From Macrostomum lignano (lineage: Eukaryota): a stretch of DNA of 64,000 nt. A model generated the notes under the pieces. It made no database searches, was not told the DNA's origin, and was given only the letters and a program-made list of their open reading frames with translations. How positions within the stretch are numbered: position 1 is the first letter of the stretch; each line of letters opens with the position of its first letter. Shown one piece after another: positions 12,043 through 25,315 of the stretch. The DNA lies in NCBI GenBank assembly GCA_002269645.1, contig NIVC01000665.1, forward strand, positions 248,001-312,000, in the 5' to 3' direction. A program made the position numbers and the translations under genes.

Positions 12043-13524
12043 ATTCTGCCGCAAACGTTTAGCAAAATTAAATTTTGCGAACACTTTTGAACCGTTTCTC
12101 ATTCACAAAATCTAACTTAATGATGCAACACATGCCTGGAAGTGACTGTTGGTTGATGTCATGTAATAGTCCAAGCTACATTATTTCAGAAACAAATTCA
12201 TATCTTTGAAAGGAGATGTACAGCTGATACCTCCTGTCTTTTCCTGTCAGAATTAATTCTCTATTCATTGATTCGATTTATATCTCTAAAACTATTTTAG
12301 CAGGGGCTGGCCAAATTTACCGCCAGGACCACGTAAATAATCAAGCGCTTTGCTGCGGGCCAGATGAAAGGACAGGGAATGGAAGAGAAGAGGGGAGAGA
12401 GACAAACCCTGAGCGGCCTGCAGTTTTGCCGACCCCTGCAATTAAGTTTTAATCGCTGCCAACTTTCCGCGTGACGTCGGAGCGGAATGGGCTGGGTGAA
12501 GATTATCGATTTTCTGGTCTTAAATCGTACATTCACGCGTAGGCTGAAATTAAGATATCGATTTTTTAAGCAAGCACTCTTTCCTAACCCTGCCGATGTA
12601 CAACACAATCGGACAATCAAAATCAAGCACTAAGCCTCAAGTTTAACCCTCAATAAAATTAAAAGCCTGGCAGTTGCCACCCTCAACAGTCTAAGTCTGT
12701 GCACAGCCCTCGGACTTCACACGGCCTTCTACAAGGTATTTTCATGCAACCATGCACGCACATACGTAGCTCCTATTCGTATTTTTGACGATATTTTTGT
12801 TTCTTGTTTTTTTTTAATTTGCACCCTGAAATGCTTAGTTTTTTTGTGACGTACGCTGTTTGTAAATAAAATCTGCATGTGTAGAACGCCGATCTCTACG
12901 ATATCGGTTGCTTGAATAGAAACGAATCAAATAAATACAACTTCATGATTAAATTCGGTCTTGTTAAAGTAAAGAGTTGAGGACTGATGAACGCTCAGAA
13001 GTAGTAAGTAGACAGTGTATTGATTCTTAAATAAAGTTTAAAAAAACAGTAAAACAAAAGCCAAGCAAAAGTGCAGTATTTAATTCACCTGGCAAGGTAA
13101 GAATAGCGAGAGAAATAACATAAGATTCGTAAGAATATAGCTAATTTAATCATCAAAACATTTTGACACTGTTGGAGGTTGAAGTTAAGGTTAGAGAACA
13201 CTCAAACCCTGACAGACTACTCACAGTAGAGTAAGCTGGGTGTTGTTGTGAAGTCCGCAGAAATAGCTTAATATATAAAGCAGGATTTAATAATTTAATT
13301 AAGGAATATAAAAGAAAATTGGTTTAATTAATCATGCTAACAACGCAGACGTTATGAATTTAACTGAGCATCTCAGTGTCCCCTGGCTCAAAACATAAAA
13401 TGATGAATAAAAACATTACTGACATGTTATAATATTGACCTGCTGTCATATACAACAAGCTGCTAAGCATTTTTATAATCAAATTGTCAAGCTTTTTACT
13501 ACAAGTAGTATATTGAGAATCGTT

Positions 13525-13737
<213 letters not shown>

Positions 13738-14713
13738 TCAAGTGGCGCATGAATTTTGAGTTAAATTTAAACAATTAAAAACATTTAGCTGACCATATCT
13801 ATGAACATATATATGAATTTATTGCTAGGAGAGCATATCATCTACTCTCCTCTCTTTTTTTACTTTATTGTCTAGAACCCATATAAACAAAATTTGAAGC
13901 CAAGGACTATTAGTGGCCTTTGCAAAAGACATTCCAAATTTAACATTAATTTAGCTCCAACAAATTTGATTTGGGTTATATTGAAAAGAGAGAACTTTGC
14001 TATCTAATAGAGAAACTCAAGATTTTGGGAATAAAAAACAGATGCAAGTGTTTGCTAGTTAAGCATGTCAAATACTATAGGCTTTAAAGGGGCTATTTAG
14101 GCCTAAACATAATATAAGATTTATCAAGGCTTAAATAATATAAAATTCAAAATGACAAATAAAAAATATACTAGCAAGAGTTGAGCCAACAAAACACCTA
14201 TTTAGCTAATATTGATTTCTAGCTTAGAATGGTTATATCTAATATCTTTTAATATCTATGTAATATCAAGATTATATGTTGTCCCTTTTCTTAATATGAC
14301 TTTCTCTATTTACTTCAAAGAAAAAATACTATGTACTATCCATATGCAAATGTATATAACATACTCTTTTATAGTTTTTTTATCTATATGAAAGTATAAT
14401 ATAGTACCTTTAGATATTAATCCCTAGGAATAGCATTTTTGGTATAGCAACCCTAAAAACCCTTGTAGTTGTGCTCTATAATGGATTTTTATTTGAAATT
14501 ACTAGCCTATTTATTTTTCCCTACTAATATATCTTTATAATACTAATATAAGCAAACCAATGAATGGCATAATATTAATCTCATTATATCATAGTGGTAT
14601 ATTGCAATAAAAATATATATAAGTTTTCTAGCTAGGCCTATGTAGCCACAATTACTATAGGCTAGGCTTAGCTATAGGTTTATCTTTATCTATAACCTAG
14701 CTATTCAAGTAGC

Positions 14714-16692
14714 CATACATGCGCAACTGCTGGCCAACCTGGCCGATCCGGCCACCGTAAATCGTGGCTGACCAGGGGTAAGTCGCAAAATTGAGTCAAC
14801 CAAAAACAGAAAAACACAAGAACCAAGAAAGGCAAGAGGAAAGCGAAAGAAAGTGCAGTTCAGGGAAAATGGTGAAGCAAAAGAAAAACTATTCGCAAAA
14901 GAAGCAAACTAAGTTGCAAAAAGGATCAGGTAAGTTGCAAAAGAAGCAAACTAAGTCGCAAAAAGGATCAGGTAAGTCGCAAAAGAAGCAAACTAAGTCG
15001 CAAAAAGGATCAGGTAAGTCGCAACAGGAATCAGGTAAGTCGCAAAAGAAGCAAACTAAGTCGCAAAAAGGATCAGGTAAGTCGCAAAAGGGTTAGGTAA
15101 GTTGCAAAAAGGATTAGGTAAGTCGCAAAAAGGATTAGGTAAGTCGCAAAAAGAAGAAACTAAGTCGCAATAAGAGGGAAGTAAGTCACAATCAGAGGCA
15201 ATCAGGGGGTAGTAGGTGCAAGTGTGGCAGGAGAGCAAAAACAGAATAGAAGCCTTCAACCACAGACAAGATCTTTGAAATCAGAAGCCCGCGTCAACAG
15301 TTTCCCATTGATTTCTTAAACTCTGGAGCAGGGGTTGGCAAACTCCAGCTCGCGAAGCCCCTCTATCTGGCCCTCGCCCCTCGGGTTCTTTGAAACTTCC
15401 TAACCAGCAAGGTTGGTGTCTCTTCAATTCTCATCTCTCTCTTCTTCTCTACCTTGCCTCCCCTCTTCTCTCTCTCCCCCCTTTTTCCCTCTTCTCTCTC
15501 CTCTCATTTTTACTCTCCTCTCTTCTCCCCCTTTCTCTCTACCCTTTCTCCTCAATGCCCTCTTCTCTCCTCTTATCTTCAGCAAAGATATGTGCATATT
15601 TTCTTACTTCAAAGTAGAGGGAATAGAAGATTAGAGATAAGCAAACAGAGGGGAGGCGAGCGATGCGATGGGAGAAAATATAGAAGAGAGAAAAGCTGAG
15701 GGAGGAAAAAGAGATGAGAGAGAAGAGGAGATTAGAGGAAAGAGGAAAGAAAAGATGATGGATGAGATCAGAAGAGAGGAAAGAGGAAAGAGGAGAGAGT
15801 AGATGAGAGAAGAGAGGATAAAGAGGAGATGAGAGGAGAGTGAAGAGAGGAGAGATGAGAGAGTAGAAAAGAGAGATAAGATGAGAGAGTAGAGTGGAGA
15901 GAGACGAGAGGGAAGATAAGATGAGAGAGTAGAGTGGAATGGAGAGATGAGAGGAGATAAGAATGTAGAGAGGAGACAGAAGAGATAGGAGAGGAGAGGA
16001 AAGAGAGGAGAAAGGAGAGGAAAGAGAGGAGAGAGGAGAGGAAAGAGAGAAGGGATAAGGAATGAGAGAGAAAAGAAAAAGAGGATGAGAAGATTGAGGA
16101 ATGGAGAGAATTTGCAAAGGCCTCAAATCTTAGTTTAACATGCATTACTCCCATCTTTGCCTTTTTCCTAACTGTTAACAAGTTTTTGTTTGAGCATGAC
16201 TTCAAATTTAGAATCTATGCAAAAATAGTTCCGGGAATTGGAATTCAGTGGTTTAAAAATCTGTGGGTTTTCACAGCTTGTATCTCTACTGGATTCGTAT
16301 TCTGCATCTGATGAGCCATCTGAATCAGGGCTCTCATCTTCCATGCCAAATCGTCTAGCAAATCGTTCTTGAGCTATAGGTCACACTGTATTCACTTCAC
16401 TTACTTCTGGACATTCATGAATCATGACTTTTGTAGTATGCTCACTACACTGTACTGACAATTTACTAATTGCTTCATGCCACCACTAGATGACACTGAT
16501 TAGCTGTTATAAAAATGCGGAATCTGCACGCAGCACTAATTAGCTGGCGAGGCATTTAGCTTTAAAAATATGGTTATAGTTACTCCTGCCGTTTACCTAA
16601 AGTTTTTGCTTGGCTCTTTCATAGGTAAGTTGCATTTTTTATCGAAAACTAAGTCGCACGGCCAGCGTAATTTCAGAAGTTGCGCATGTATG
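14714..16692. mobile_element. hAT-type non-autonomous DNA transposon
   Basis: Perfect 15-bp TIR CATACATGCGCAACT; 8-bp TSD CAAGTAGC at 14706-14713 and 16693-16700; interior has TAAGTCGCAAAA tandem repeats and CT- and GA-rich tracts. Confidence 0.92.
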
Positions 16693-17463
16693 CAAGTAGC
16701 TACTATGTTAGTAACTTTTCTATGACCAAGTGGTACACTCATTGATTAGACCTAAGTCTAAGAAAAGCCATTGCTAATAGTTTCTAACATAAAAGAATTC
16801 ATTAATATCCCATTAGCAGAGTTGGTACTATCTTGTAGCTTACCACTATATATTTAATAATATTCCATGTATTAGCCATAGTCAAAGTAGCATAGCATGC
16901 ATTAGAATAAATGTTTAGGGATAATCAATGTATTATTTATGAGCCCAAACCTATTAAAACTATATAACATATTAATATATAATATAGTTTGGAAAGCAAC
17001 ATATACCCTAGGATTTCCTGGTATACAACAAGGGTCTTACTATTTTTCAGCATACATCAGGGTATATCCTGGTATATATGACACAGCAGATAGGCTACAT
17101 TGTGTCAAATGACAAGTTTTTTATATTGGCATACAAACTCAACATACAAACAAGATCTTATCTTTTTCTAGCATTAAACCTGATATACATTTAATATATG
17201 ATCTAAACTATGGTATGAACTTAATGCAATAAATAACAAATTACTGCCACTTTAACCACCTCTTTATATGTTGCTAAACTGACTGTTGCCAAAAATTGAC
17301 TTGTCACTGAATTGTCTATTGCCAAGTCAACCTGTTGCTAAGTAACTTGGTTCCCTTTGAGTATATTAATACTAGCAAATTATATTATAATTTACTACCT
17401 TGTAAAATCTTAGGATGATGAAATGTCTTCAAAATTTGGTTACTTTATTATCCATATTTATTA

Positions 17464-18066
17464 CAGTAGTAGTGCAGGGGGATAGGGTAGGGATGGGGGG
17501 CTGGGTTTATTTTATGGGCCATATGGGGTTTTTTGGCTTTTGAAAATCTTATTGGCAATTGGATTTTTGGCATTACAGACCAATTTGGCAATTTTATTTT
17601 TTTTACCAATTGCCAATTTCAAAAAAATGATTTTGTAAGTCTCATAAAAGTGCCATATGAATCTAAATATGGCAAATAGGCTACTAAGTTGCAAAAATTG
17701 ATAAAGTCAATAAGGCCAAACAAGTCCCAGACTGCAATCATATAGTGCATACTTGTGTATTAAGCCTTGGAAATATCTATCCTCAAGAATTTGGCTAGTT
17801 TCCAATAGGCAACCAAAATAGCCATTGGCAACTAGATTTTGAGCCCCAAGGGCCAGCTAGCAACTAGATTTCCAAACTTTAAAAAACCTAGGGGGGCTGT
17901 AGCCCCTAGGTAACTAACTATCCCTTTAACAAAAATTCTAAAAGTATAGGCCTACACAAGGCCACAAGTGCTAATTGCCGAATTCCAGGGGTAAGAGGCA
18001 GGGGGTGACCTTGACTGACTACCCAACCACCACCTCCCTCCAACTGGAGGTACTGCGCTGCCACTG
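17464..18066. mobile_element. hAT-type MITE (decayed)
   Basis: Imperfect TIR CAGTAGTAGTGCAG versus CAGTGGCAGCGCAG; 8-bp TSD ATTTATTA at 17456-17463 and 18067-18074. Confidence 0.8.
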
Positions 18067-19684
18067 ATTTATTAACAATTTTTGATATGACAAAGTGTCC
18101 AAAAAGCATAGTCACTTTGTTCTCTAGTCCTAGTGACTGTCCTAGATGTCCTAGATGACCTAGGTGATGACCTAGCTGTCCAAAGATGTCCTAGATGTCC
18201 TAGATGACAAAGTGGTAAGATGACGAAGTGTCTAGGAACTATCACTAAGGACTAAGAAGTAAGAGAGTTCTGATAAGAATTAGGCCTACACTTAAAGTTA
18301 AAGGAGTTAATATGGAAATTAGCCTAATGTTATAGATTCTTCAACTCAAGTAATAACTAATATGCTTTATACTTAAGTATGTTATTCTATAGCTTTATAA
18401 GTTTATATTTATACGCTAGCTGTTATGTTATCTAGTCCTAGCTACTCTATGCTATGGAATAATTAACTAATTGTAAAGACTTGTGTAGGTCTTATTCTTA
18501 ATAATCTTACTTATAACTAATTAAGTTAGATGAAATTTTGGCCTTGTAAATAAATTCAAGAGACAGCATACAGTTTGTATATAACGTAATAATTCTACCT
18601 GCTATCACATAAAAGCACGTTTCTTCTATTACAGCAATTACATAACAAGTATATAGTAATAAAATGATGTGCGCGCTTCAAATTTTAATGACTCTGTAAA
18701 TCTTTGAATTTTTTAAGACTCTTTAAACAGGATTTTAACGAAGTGTAACTGTCACTGATTGCGAAATTTAACAAAAGAACTTTGTATTCTATAAGAGTTT
18801 ATTATAAAATTAAAAAATTAAAAATTTACTGATTAAACTTTAAATTTTAGTTTTCGGTTGTCCTTTTGGATATCGCGCCATTCAATTCAAAAATTTACTT
18901 TTTCTGGGAAGTTATATATCGATCCGAACCGAACACTTCTCTTGAAATCATAAATATAAATAATGGCTAATGGCATGGGATCTAATCTAACTATCGGATA
19001 TCGCAGCGCACTGCTTGCTATCATAAGCTATTAAGCTAATTGCGATATGCCATGACTACTGTCATCTAAAATTAAAGGCCAAACATATTAAAATCTCAGA
19101 GTTTTATAACAAAGTACAAGCCTATCTCTTATAGCACTTCTTGGTGGCTTTCGAACATTCGTTATGGAATTTAATTAATTCATGCTAATTGTGTTAGATC
19201 CGATTTATTCATTGGGAGGTGGAGTAAAAAATTAAGCTACGTCAGTATTTTAACGAGTTTTAATTTTTTGATATTTTCTAATTGAGAAATTTTAGCTTAT
19301 ACAAATTAAATTTGACACCAGGCCTGCATGTTCTATTTTCATTTTATGTTTTCTTTATATTCCATTAAGATACAAGTAACATAAAATTAACAGCGATAGT
19401 GATACACCTAATTCAGACTATAGATACAAAATTTGTACACATTTCATCTAATTTTGGCTCCTATTCTATCCTATTTGTATGAAAAATATTTCTGCATTTT
19501 AAAAGAAAATTATGTGTGATAAATCTTGAAAATCTATTTAAGCCTAAATTTAGAGTGTTTTTGTTCCATGTAGTTCCTTATAGATTTTTATATAAAATCT
19601 AACACATAACATATTGCAGTAGTATTTCATTATCCATTTGTTACTAAAATTGTTTCAGAGCTGAGAGCAACAAACCCTTTTAAA

Positions 19685-22600
19685 ATGGCTACTAAGACTG
19701 AGAAGGACCCCTATGTAAGTTTGCTTCTCTAAAATAAAAAAGCTTTCAAAAGTAATTGAAGTATTTAACATTAAAGTATGTAATCAATACTCATTAAAAT
19801 TTTACTTTGTAATTTTTATATTTTCAGGCTTTTGAAGACTCTGTTGATAATAAACTTATTGAAACAGATGACAGGTAATCATATATTGTTGCATTTGGAA
19901 AATATTCAGTCTGAAGATCTGAAGATCTATTAAGATCCAATGCTCTAAATGATTTCAGTTGTCAGGATGCTGCTTCAGACCTCGAAGTTGAGCTCGGAGC
20001 TCCTGGGGGCGAGTCCCTGCAACAGGAACAGCTGCTGGACTCCATTGGAGAGGCGCAGCGGGCTCTGGACCGGTTTCTTGGAAATCAGTTTGAGTCAGCC
20101 CGCGCCATGATGGAACCACTGTTAGTTTTCTGTGTGTCTTTGTGTATGCAGATAAAGACACAACTGCCACCCTAGGCCTACACCCTCAAACTCAACACAA
20201 AGCTATAAAACTCTACAGTTGCCCAAACACAATTCACATTCTCAAATTATGACCTCAGCCCAAGAAAGACTGCAAAGCTAAAAAAAACTGCCGCTAAAAA
20301 GCTTCAGTCAACAAATAACCAGAACTCACAACAACCACAACACCCAAGCCAAACTCACAGCCATATCCCACAGTCACAAGCTGAGCTGAGATCCCACAGT
20401 CACAAGCTGAGCTGAGATCCCACAGTCACAAGCTGAGCTGAGATCCCACAGTCACAAGCTGAGCTGAGATCCCACAGTCACAAGCTGAGCTGAGATCCCA
20501 CAGTCACAAGCTGAGCCAAGATCCCACAGTCACAAGCTGAGCTGAGATCCCACAGTCCCAAGCTGAGCCAAGATCCCACAGTCACAAGCTGAGCTGAGAT
20601 CCCACAGTTACAAGCTGAGCTGAGATCCCACAGTCACAAGCTGAGCTGAGATCCCACAGTCACAAGCTGAGCTGAGAACCCACAGTCACAAGCTGAGCCA
20701 AGATCCCACAGTCACAAGCTGAGCTGAGAACCCACAGTCACAAGCTGAGCCAAGATCCCACAGTCACAAGCTGAGCCAAGATCCCACAGTCACAAGCTGA
20801 GCTGAGATCCCACAGTCACAAGCTGAGATCCCACAGTCACAAGCTGAGCGGAGAACCCACAGTCACAAGCTGAGCTGAGATCCCACAGTCACAAGCTGAG
20901 CGGAGAACCCACAGTCACAAGCTGAGCCAAGATCCCACAGTCACAAGCTGAGCTGAGATCCCACAGTCACAAGCTGAGCTGAGATCCCACAGTCACAAGC
21001 TGAGCTGAGATCCCACAGTCACAAGCTGAGCTGAGATCCCACAGTCACAAGCTGAGCTGAGATCCCACAGTCACAAGCTGAGCCAAGATCCCACAGTCAC
21101 AATCTGAGCTGAGATCCCACAGTCACAAGCTGAGCCAAGATCCCACAGTCACAAGCTGAGCTGAGATCCCACAGTCACAAGCTGAGTTGAGAACCCGTGC
21201 CCCAAACCTGCAGAGCGGAGACCTCGATGTACCACAGTCTGGGCTGCTCCACCATCTGCTACATGCAGGCGTCGATGACTCTTGAACAGCCGGACATTCA
21301 GCGCGCCGTCTTGGCCACCAAGCGCGCCCTTCGAGTTTGCCAGCGTTACAGGCGGCCGCGCAACGGCCTCGCGATGGCGGCGCCGCTGCTGCTGAGGCTG
21401 GCGGACTTCACAGACGAGCAGTGCCACGCCGAGCTGTGCTACGCTGAGCTGCTGCTTGAGAAGGCTGTGCTCACCTTCGCCCAGGATGAGAGTCTCATCG
21501 CCTTCGTTCGGGGCGGCTTGAAAATTCGCGACTGCCATCGGGCGTACCGGCTGTGCTGGCGGCTGCTGCGCAAGCGGGCCTGGAGCTGCGCCGAGCTAAA
21601 GATGCACTTTGAGAGCGGGGCCAGGTGCGCCCGATTGGCTGGGCTGATGAAGATGGGCAAAAGGGTCAACTGATCAGTTAGGGAGGTCAGACTTACCTCA
21701 GTGAGGCCATATGGTCAATATTGATGTCGCCTGATCAAGAGCGAGATTGAAATGGCCGATATTGAGGTGGTCTAATGACCGATATCAGGGTGGTCAAATG
21801 ACCGATATCAGGGTGGTCAAATGATCAATATCAGGGTGGTCAAATGACCAATATCTGGGTGGTCAAATGACCAATATCAGAGTGGTCAAATGACCAATAT
21901 CAGGGTGGCCAAATGACCAATATCAGAGTGGCCAAATGACCAATATCTGGGTGGTCAAATGACCAATATCAGAGTGGTCAAATGACCAATATCAGGGTGG
22001 CCAAATGACCAATATCAGAGTGGTCAAATGACCAATATCAGAGTGGTCAAATGACCAATATCAGGGTGGTCAAATGACCAATATCTGGGTGGTCAAATGA
22101 CCAATATCAGAGTGGTCAAATGACCAATATCAGGGTGGCCAAATGACCAATATCTGGGTGGTCAAATGGCCAATATTAGGGTGGTCAAATGACCAATATC
22201 AGAGTGGTCAAATGAACAATATCAGAGTGGTCAAATGACCAACATCGAGGTAGTCAAATGACCAATATCAGGGTGGTCAAATGACCAACATCGAGGTAGT
22301 CAAATGACCAATATCAGGGTGGCCAAATGACCAACATCGAGGTAGTCAAATGACCAATATGGGTGGTCAAATGACCAATATCAGGGTGGTCAAATGACCA
22401 ATATCTGGGTGGCAAAATGACCGAAATCGAGGTAGTCAAATGACCAATATCAGGGTGGCCAAATGACCAACATCGAGGTAGTCAAATGACCAATATCAGG
22501 GTGGTCAAATGACCAATATCAGGGTGGCCAAATGACCAACATCGAGGTAGTCAAATGACCAATATCAGGGTGGTCAAATGACCAATATCTGGGTGGCAAA

Positions 22601-23620
22601 ATGAGCGAAATCGAGGTGGTCAAATGACCAATATCAGGGTGGCCAAATGACCAACATCGAGGTAGTCAAATGACCGATGGAAGGGTGGCCAAATGACTGA
22701 TGGAAGGGCGGCCAAGTGACCGATGGAAGGGTCAAAGTATCTCCGCGGCTGAGCAGCCCTCCCCTCAACTTCCAGGCTGGGTGACGGCGCCTTCAACCTG
22801 CTTCTCAGCCTGCTGCCCCCCACGCTGCTCCGCCTGCTGCAGTTCGTCGGCTTCAAGGGCGATCGTCGTCGCGGACTTCGCCAACTGCACGCCGCCGCCG
22901 ACATGGAAGGCAGCCTACGGGCGCCGTTGGTTCGAGTCCTCCTGCTGGCCTATCACACCTCGTTCACACACGTGTTGGGCACGGTGGACCTGACCGCGGT
23001 CGAGCAGCTGCTGCAGCCCTGCCTGAGGCAGCACCCTGACGGGGCTCTGTTCCTGTACTTTGAGGTGAGCAGTGCTGCGGATTTGCATTTACTGCAAAGT
23101 AGAAAAGTAATACAGAAGGTACACAGAAGGTTCACAGAGACAGACAGGTTCACAGAGACAGAAGGTTCACAGAGACAGACAGGTTCACAGAGACAGACAG
23201 GTTCACAGAGACAGACAGGTTCACAGAGACAGACAGGTTCACAGAGACAGACAGGTTCACAGAGACAGACAGGTTCACAGAGACAGACAGGTTCACAGAG
23301 ACAGACAGGTTCACAGAGACAGACAGGTTCACAGAGACAGACAGGTTCACAGAGACAGACAGGTTCACAGAGACAGACAGGTTCACAGAGACAGACAGGT
23401 TCACAGAGACAGACAGGTTCACAGAGACAGACAGGTTCACAGAGACAGACAGGTTCACAGAGACAGACAGGTTCACAGAGACAGACAGGTTCACAGAGAC
23501 AGACAGGTTCACAGAGACAGACAGGTTCACAGAGACAGACAGGTTCACAGAGACAGACAGGTTCACAGAGACAGACAGGTTCACAGAGACAGACAGGTTC
23601 ACAGAGACAGACAGGTTCAC

Positions 23621-23671
<51 letters not shown>

Positions 23672-23702
23672 GGCAGACAGACAGGCAGACAGACAGACAG
23701 GC

Positions 23703-23735
<33 letters not shown>

Positions 23736-23800
23736 GGCAGACAGACAGGCAGACAGACAGGCAGACAGACAGACAGACAGACAGACGACAGACAGACACA

Positions 23801-23861
<61 letters not shown>

Positions 23862-24857
23862 TAGGCGAACAGGCCATGAAGTCAGCCGGCCGCCCGCCAC
23901 CCGCGCCAGGGCCGGCACAACTTGCTGAGCGGCCGGGCCCGCCTCGCTGCCGAATCGTTCGAGCGCAGCCTGTCAGCCCAGGCCGAGTGGCCGCAGCTCC
24001 GCCAGCTGTGCCGCTGGGAGCTGATGTGGGCGATGGCCTACGCTGGCCGCTGGCTTGAGGCGGCCGATTCAGCAGACGATCTAGCTGGCCAGACCCGGTG
24101 GAGCCGGGCCACGGTGCTCTACCAGCGAGCCGCTTTCATCTACCAGGGCGGGCAGGCGGACAACCCCGAGGTGATCCGACTGCTGACGGAGGTGTCGGAC
24201 ACGCTGCACACTGGCGGGCCCAGTCTGCCGGTGGAGAAACTGGCCGCCCTCAGGGCCAAGCAGTTTGTCAGCCGGCAGCGGCTGGTGCTGCCCGGCCTCG
24301 AGCTGGTGTACGCTTGGAATGGCCTGCCAGCGGTCGGCCGCGACCCCGAGGCCTTGGCCGCTCACCTGGCCGACGTTCAAGCGGCTTCTGACCAGGTCGA
24401 TAGGGATGTCGCCGCCGCCTCGGCTGGCACAGCTTCGGCAGTCGATGACGCAGGTTTCACTGCCGACGATCTGGCTCTGGTGCTGCTGTTGAAAGGCGCC
24501 TGCATGCTGGAGCTGGGCCGACTGAAGCAAGCTGAGCAGTGCCTGCTGCAGGTCACCGACGGCTGCGTCGGTCGCGTCCGGGATCGTCACGTGACCGCCT
24601 GGGCTTGGCTGGAGCTGGCCAGGCTGCGGGCCAGGGAGGGCGACAGTCGGGCGGCGCGCCGCTGCCTGGACAGCTGCCGCTCGGCAGGGCGCGGCGCCTG
24701 CCTGGAGTCGCGCGTCCAGTTCCGGGCGCACGCAATCGCGCTGGAGATGCAGGAGGCGGAGGCTGCCGAGGCCGAGAAGGCCGCGTCGGCCAAGTTGAAC
24801 GGCGACGCCGATTCGTCCATTTCCTCTCTGTCCGATGCGGATGCAGAGGCCAAGTAG
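19685..24857 (+). CDS. TTC39: Tetratricopeptide repeat protein 39 family, 6 coding exons, about 628 aa
   Basis: Exons 19685-19714, 19828-19874, 19959-20120, 21214-21624, 22776-23064, 23910-24857 with consistent phases. Motifs LDRFLGNQF, SMYHSLG, HAELCYAELLL, FESG.RLGDGAFNLLLSLLP..LLRLLQFVGF.GD, WELMW. Confidence 0.92.
20380..21190 (+). repeat. 26-bp minisatellite GAGCTGAGATCCCACAGTCACAAGCT (TTC39 intron 3)
   Basis: Direct reading. Confidence 0.95.
21775..22730 (+). repeat. 23-bp minisatellite AATATCAGGGTGGTCAAATGACC (TTC39 intron 4)
   Basis: Direct reading. Confidence 0.95.
23130..23860 (+). repeat. 18-bp GGTTCACAGAGACAGACA array grading into (GACA)n and then (GGCA)n (TTC39 intron 5)
   Basis: Direct reading. 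Confidence 0.95.
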
Positions 24858-24939
24858 CCTTGTACTTTTATTGCAATTGCTAGGGCTGTGTTTTGGCAAT
24901 GTTAGTTGAACCAATTAATTCAATTTGGGGATTCCATTG

Positions 24940-25290
24940 GGAATGGGATCTCACTGGATGGGATCTCACTGGATGGGATCTCACTGGATGGGATCTCACT
25001 GGATGGGATCTCACTGGATGGGATCTCACTGGATGGGATCTCACTGCCTGGGATTTCACTGGCTGGGATTTCACTGAGTTGGATTTCACTGGATAGGATC
25101 TCACTGGATGGGATTTCACTGGATAGGATCTCAATGGATAGGATCTCACTGGATGGGATTTCACTGGATGGGATCTCACTGGATGGGATCTCACTGGATG
25201 GGTTTCACTGGATGGGATCTCACTGGATGGGATTTCACTGGCTGGGATTTCACTGAATGGGATCTCACTGGATGGGATTTCACTGGATGG
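24940..25290 (+). repeat. 15-bp minisatellite GGATCTCACTGGATG
   Basis: Direct reading; begins about 80 bp after the TTC39 stop codon. Confidence 0.93.
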
Positions 25291-25315
25291 AATATTTGCC
25301 CTTATCATCAAACTA

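Noticed and set aside
13075-13115. U1 snRNA-like 5' sequence on the minus strand
   Set aside because: Only a short partial match (CTTACCT); no downstream U1 stems or Sm site.
14791-15096. Lys/Gln-rich histone-H1-like ORF
   Set aside because: It is the translation of tandem repeats inside the hAT element.
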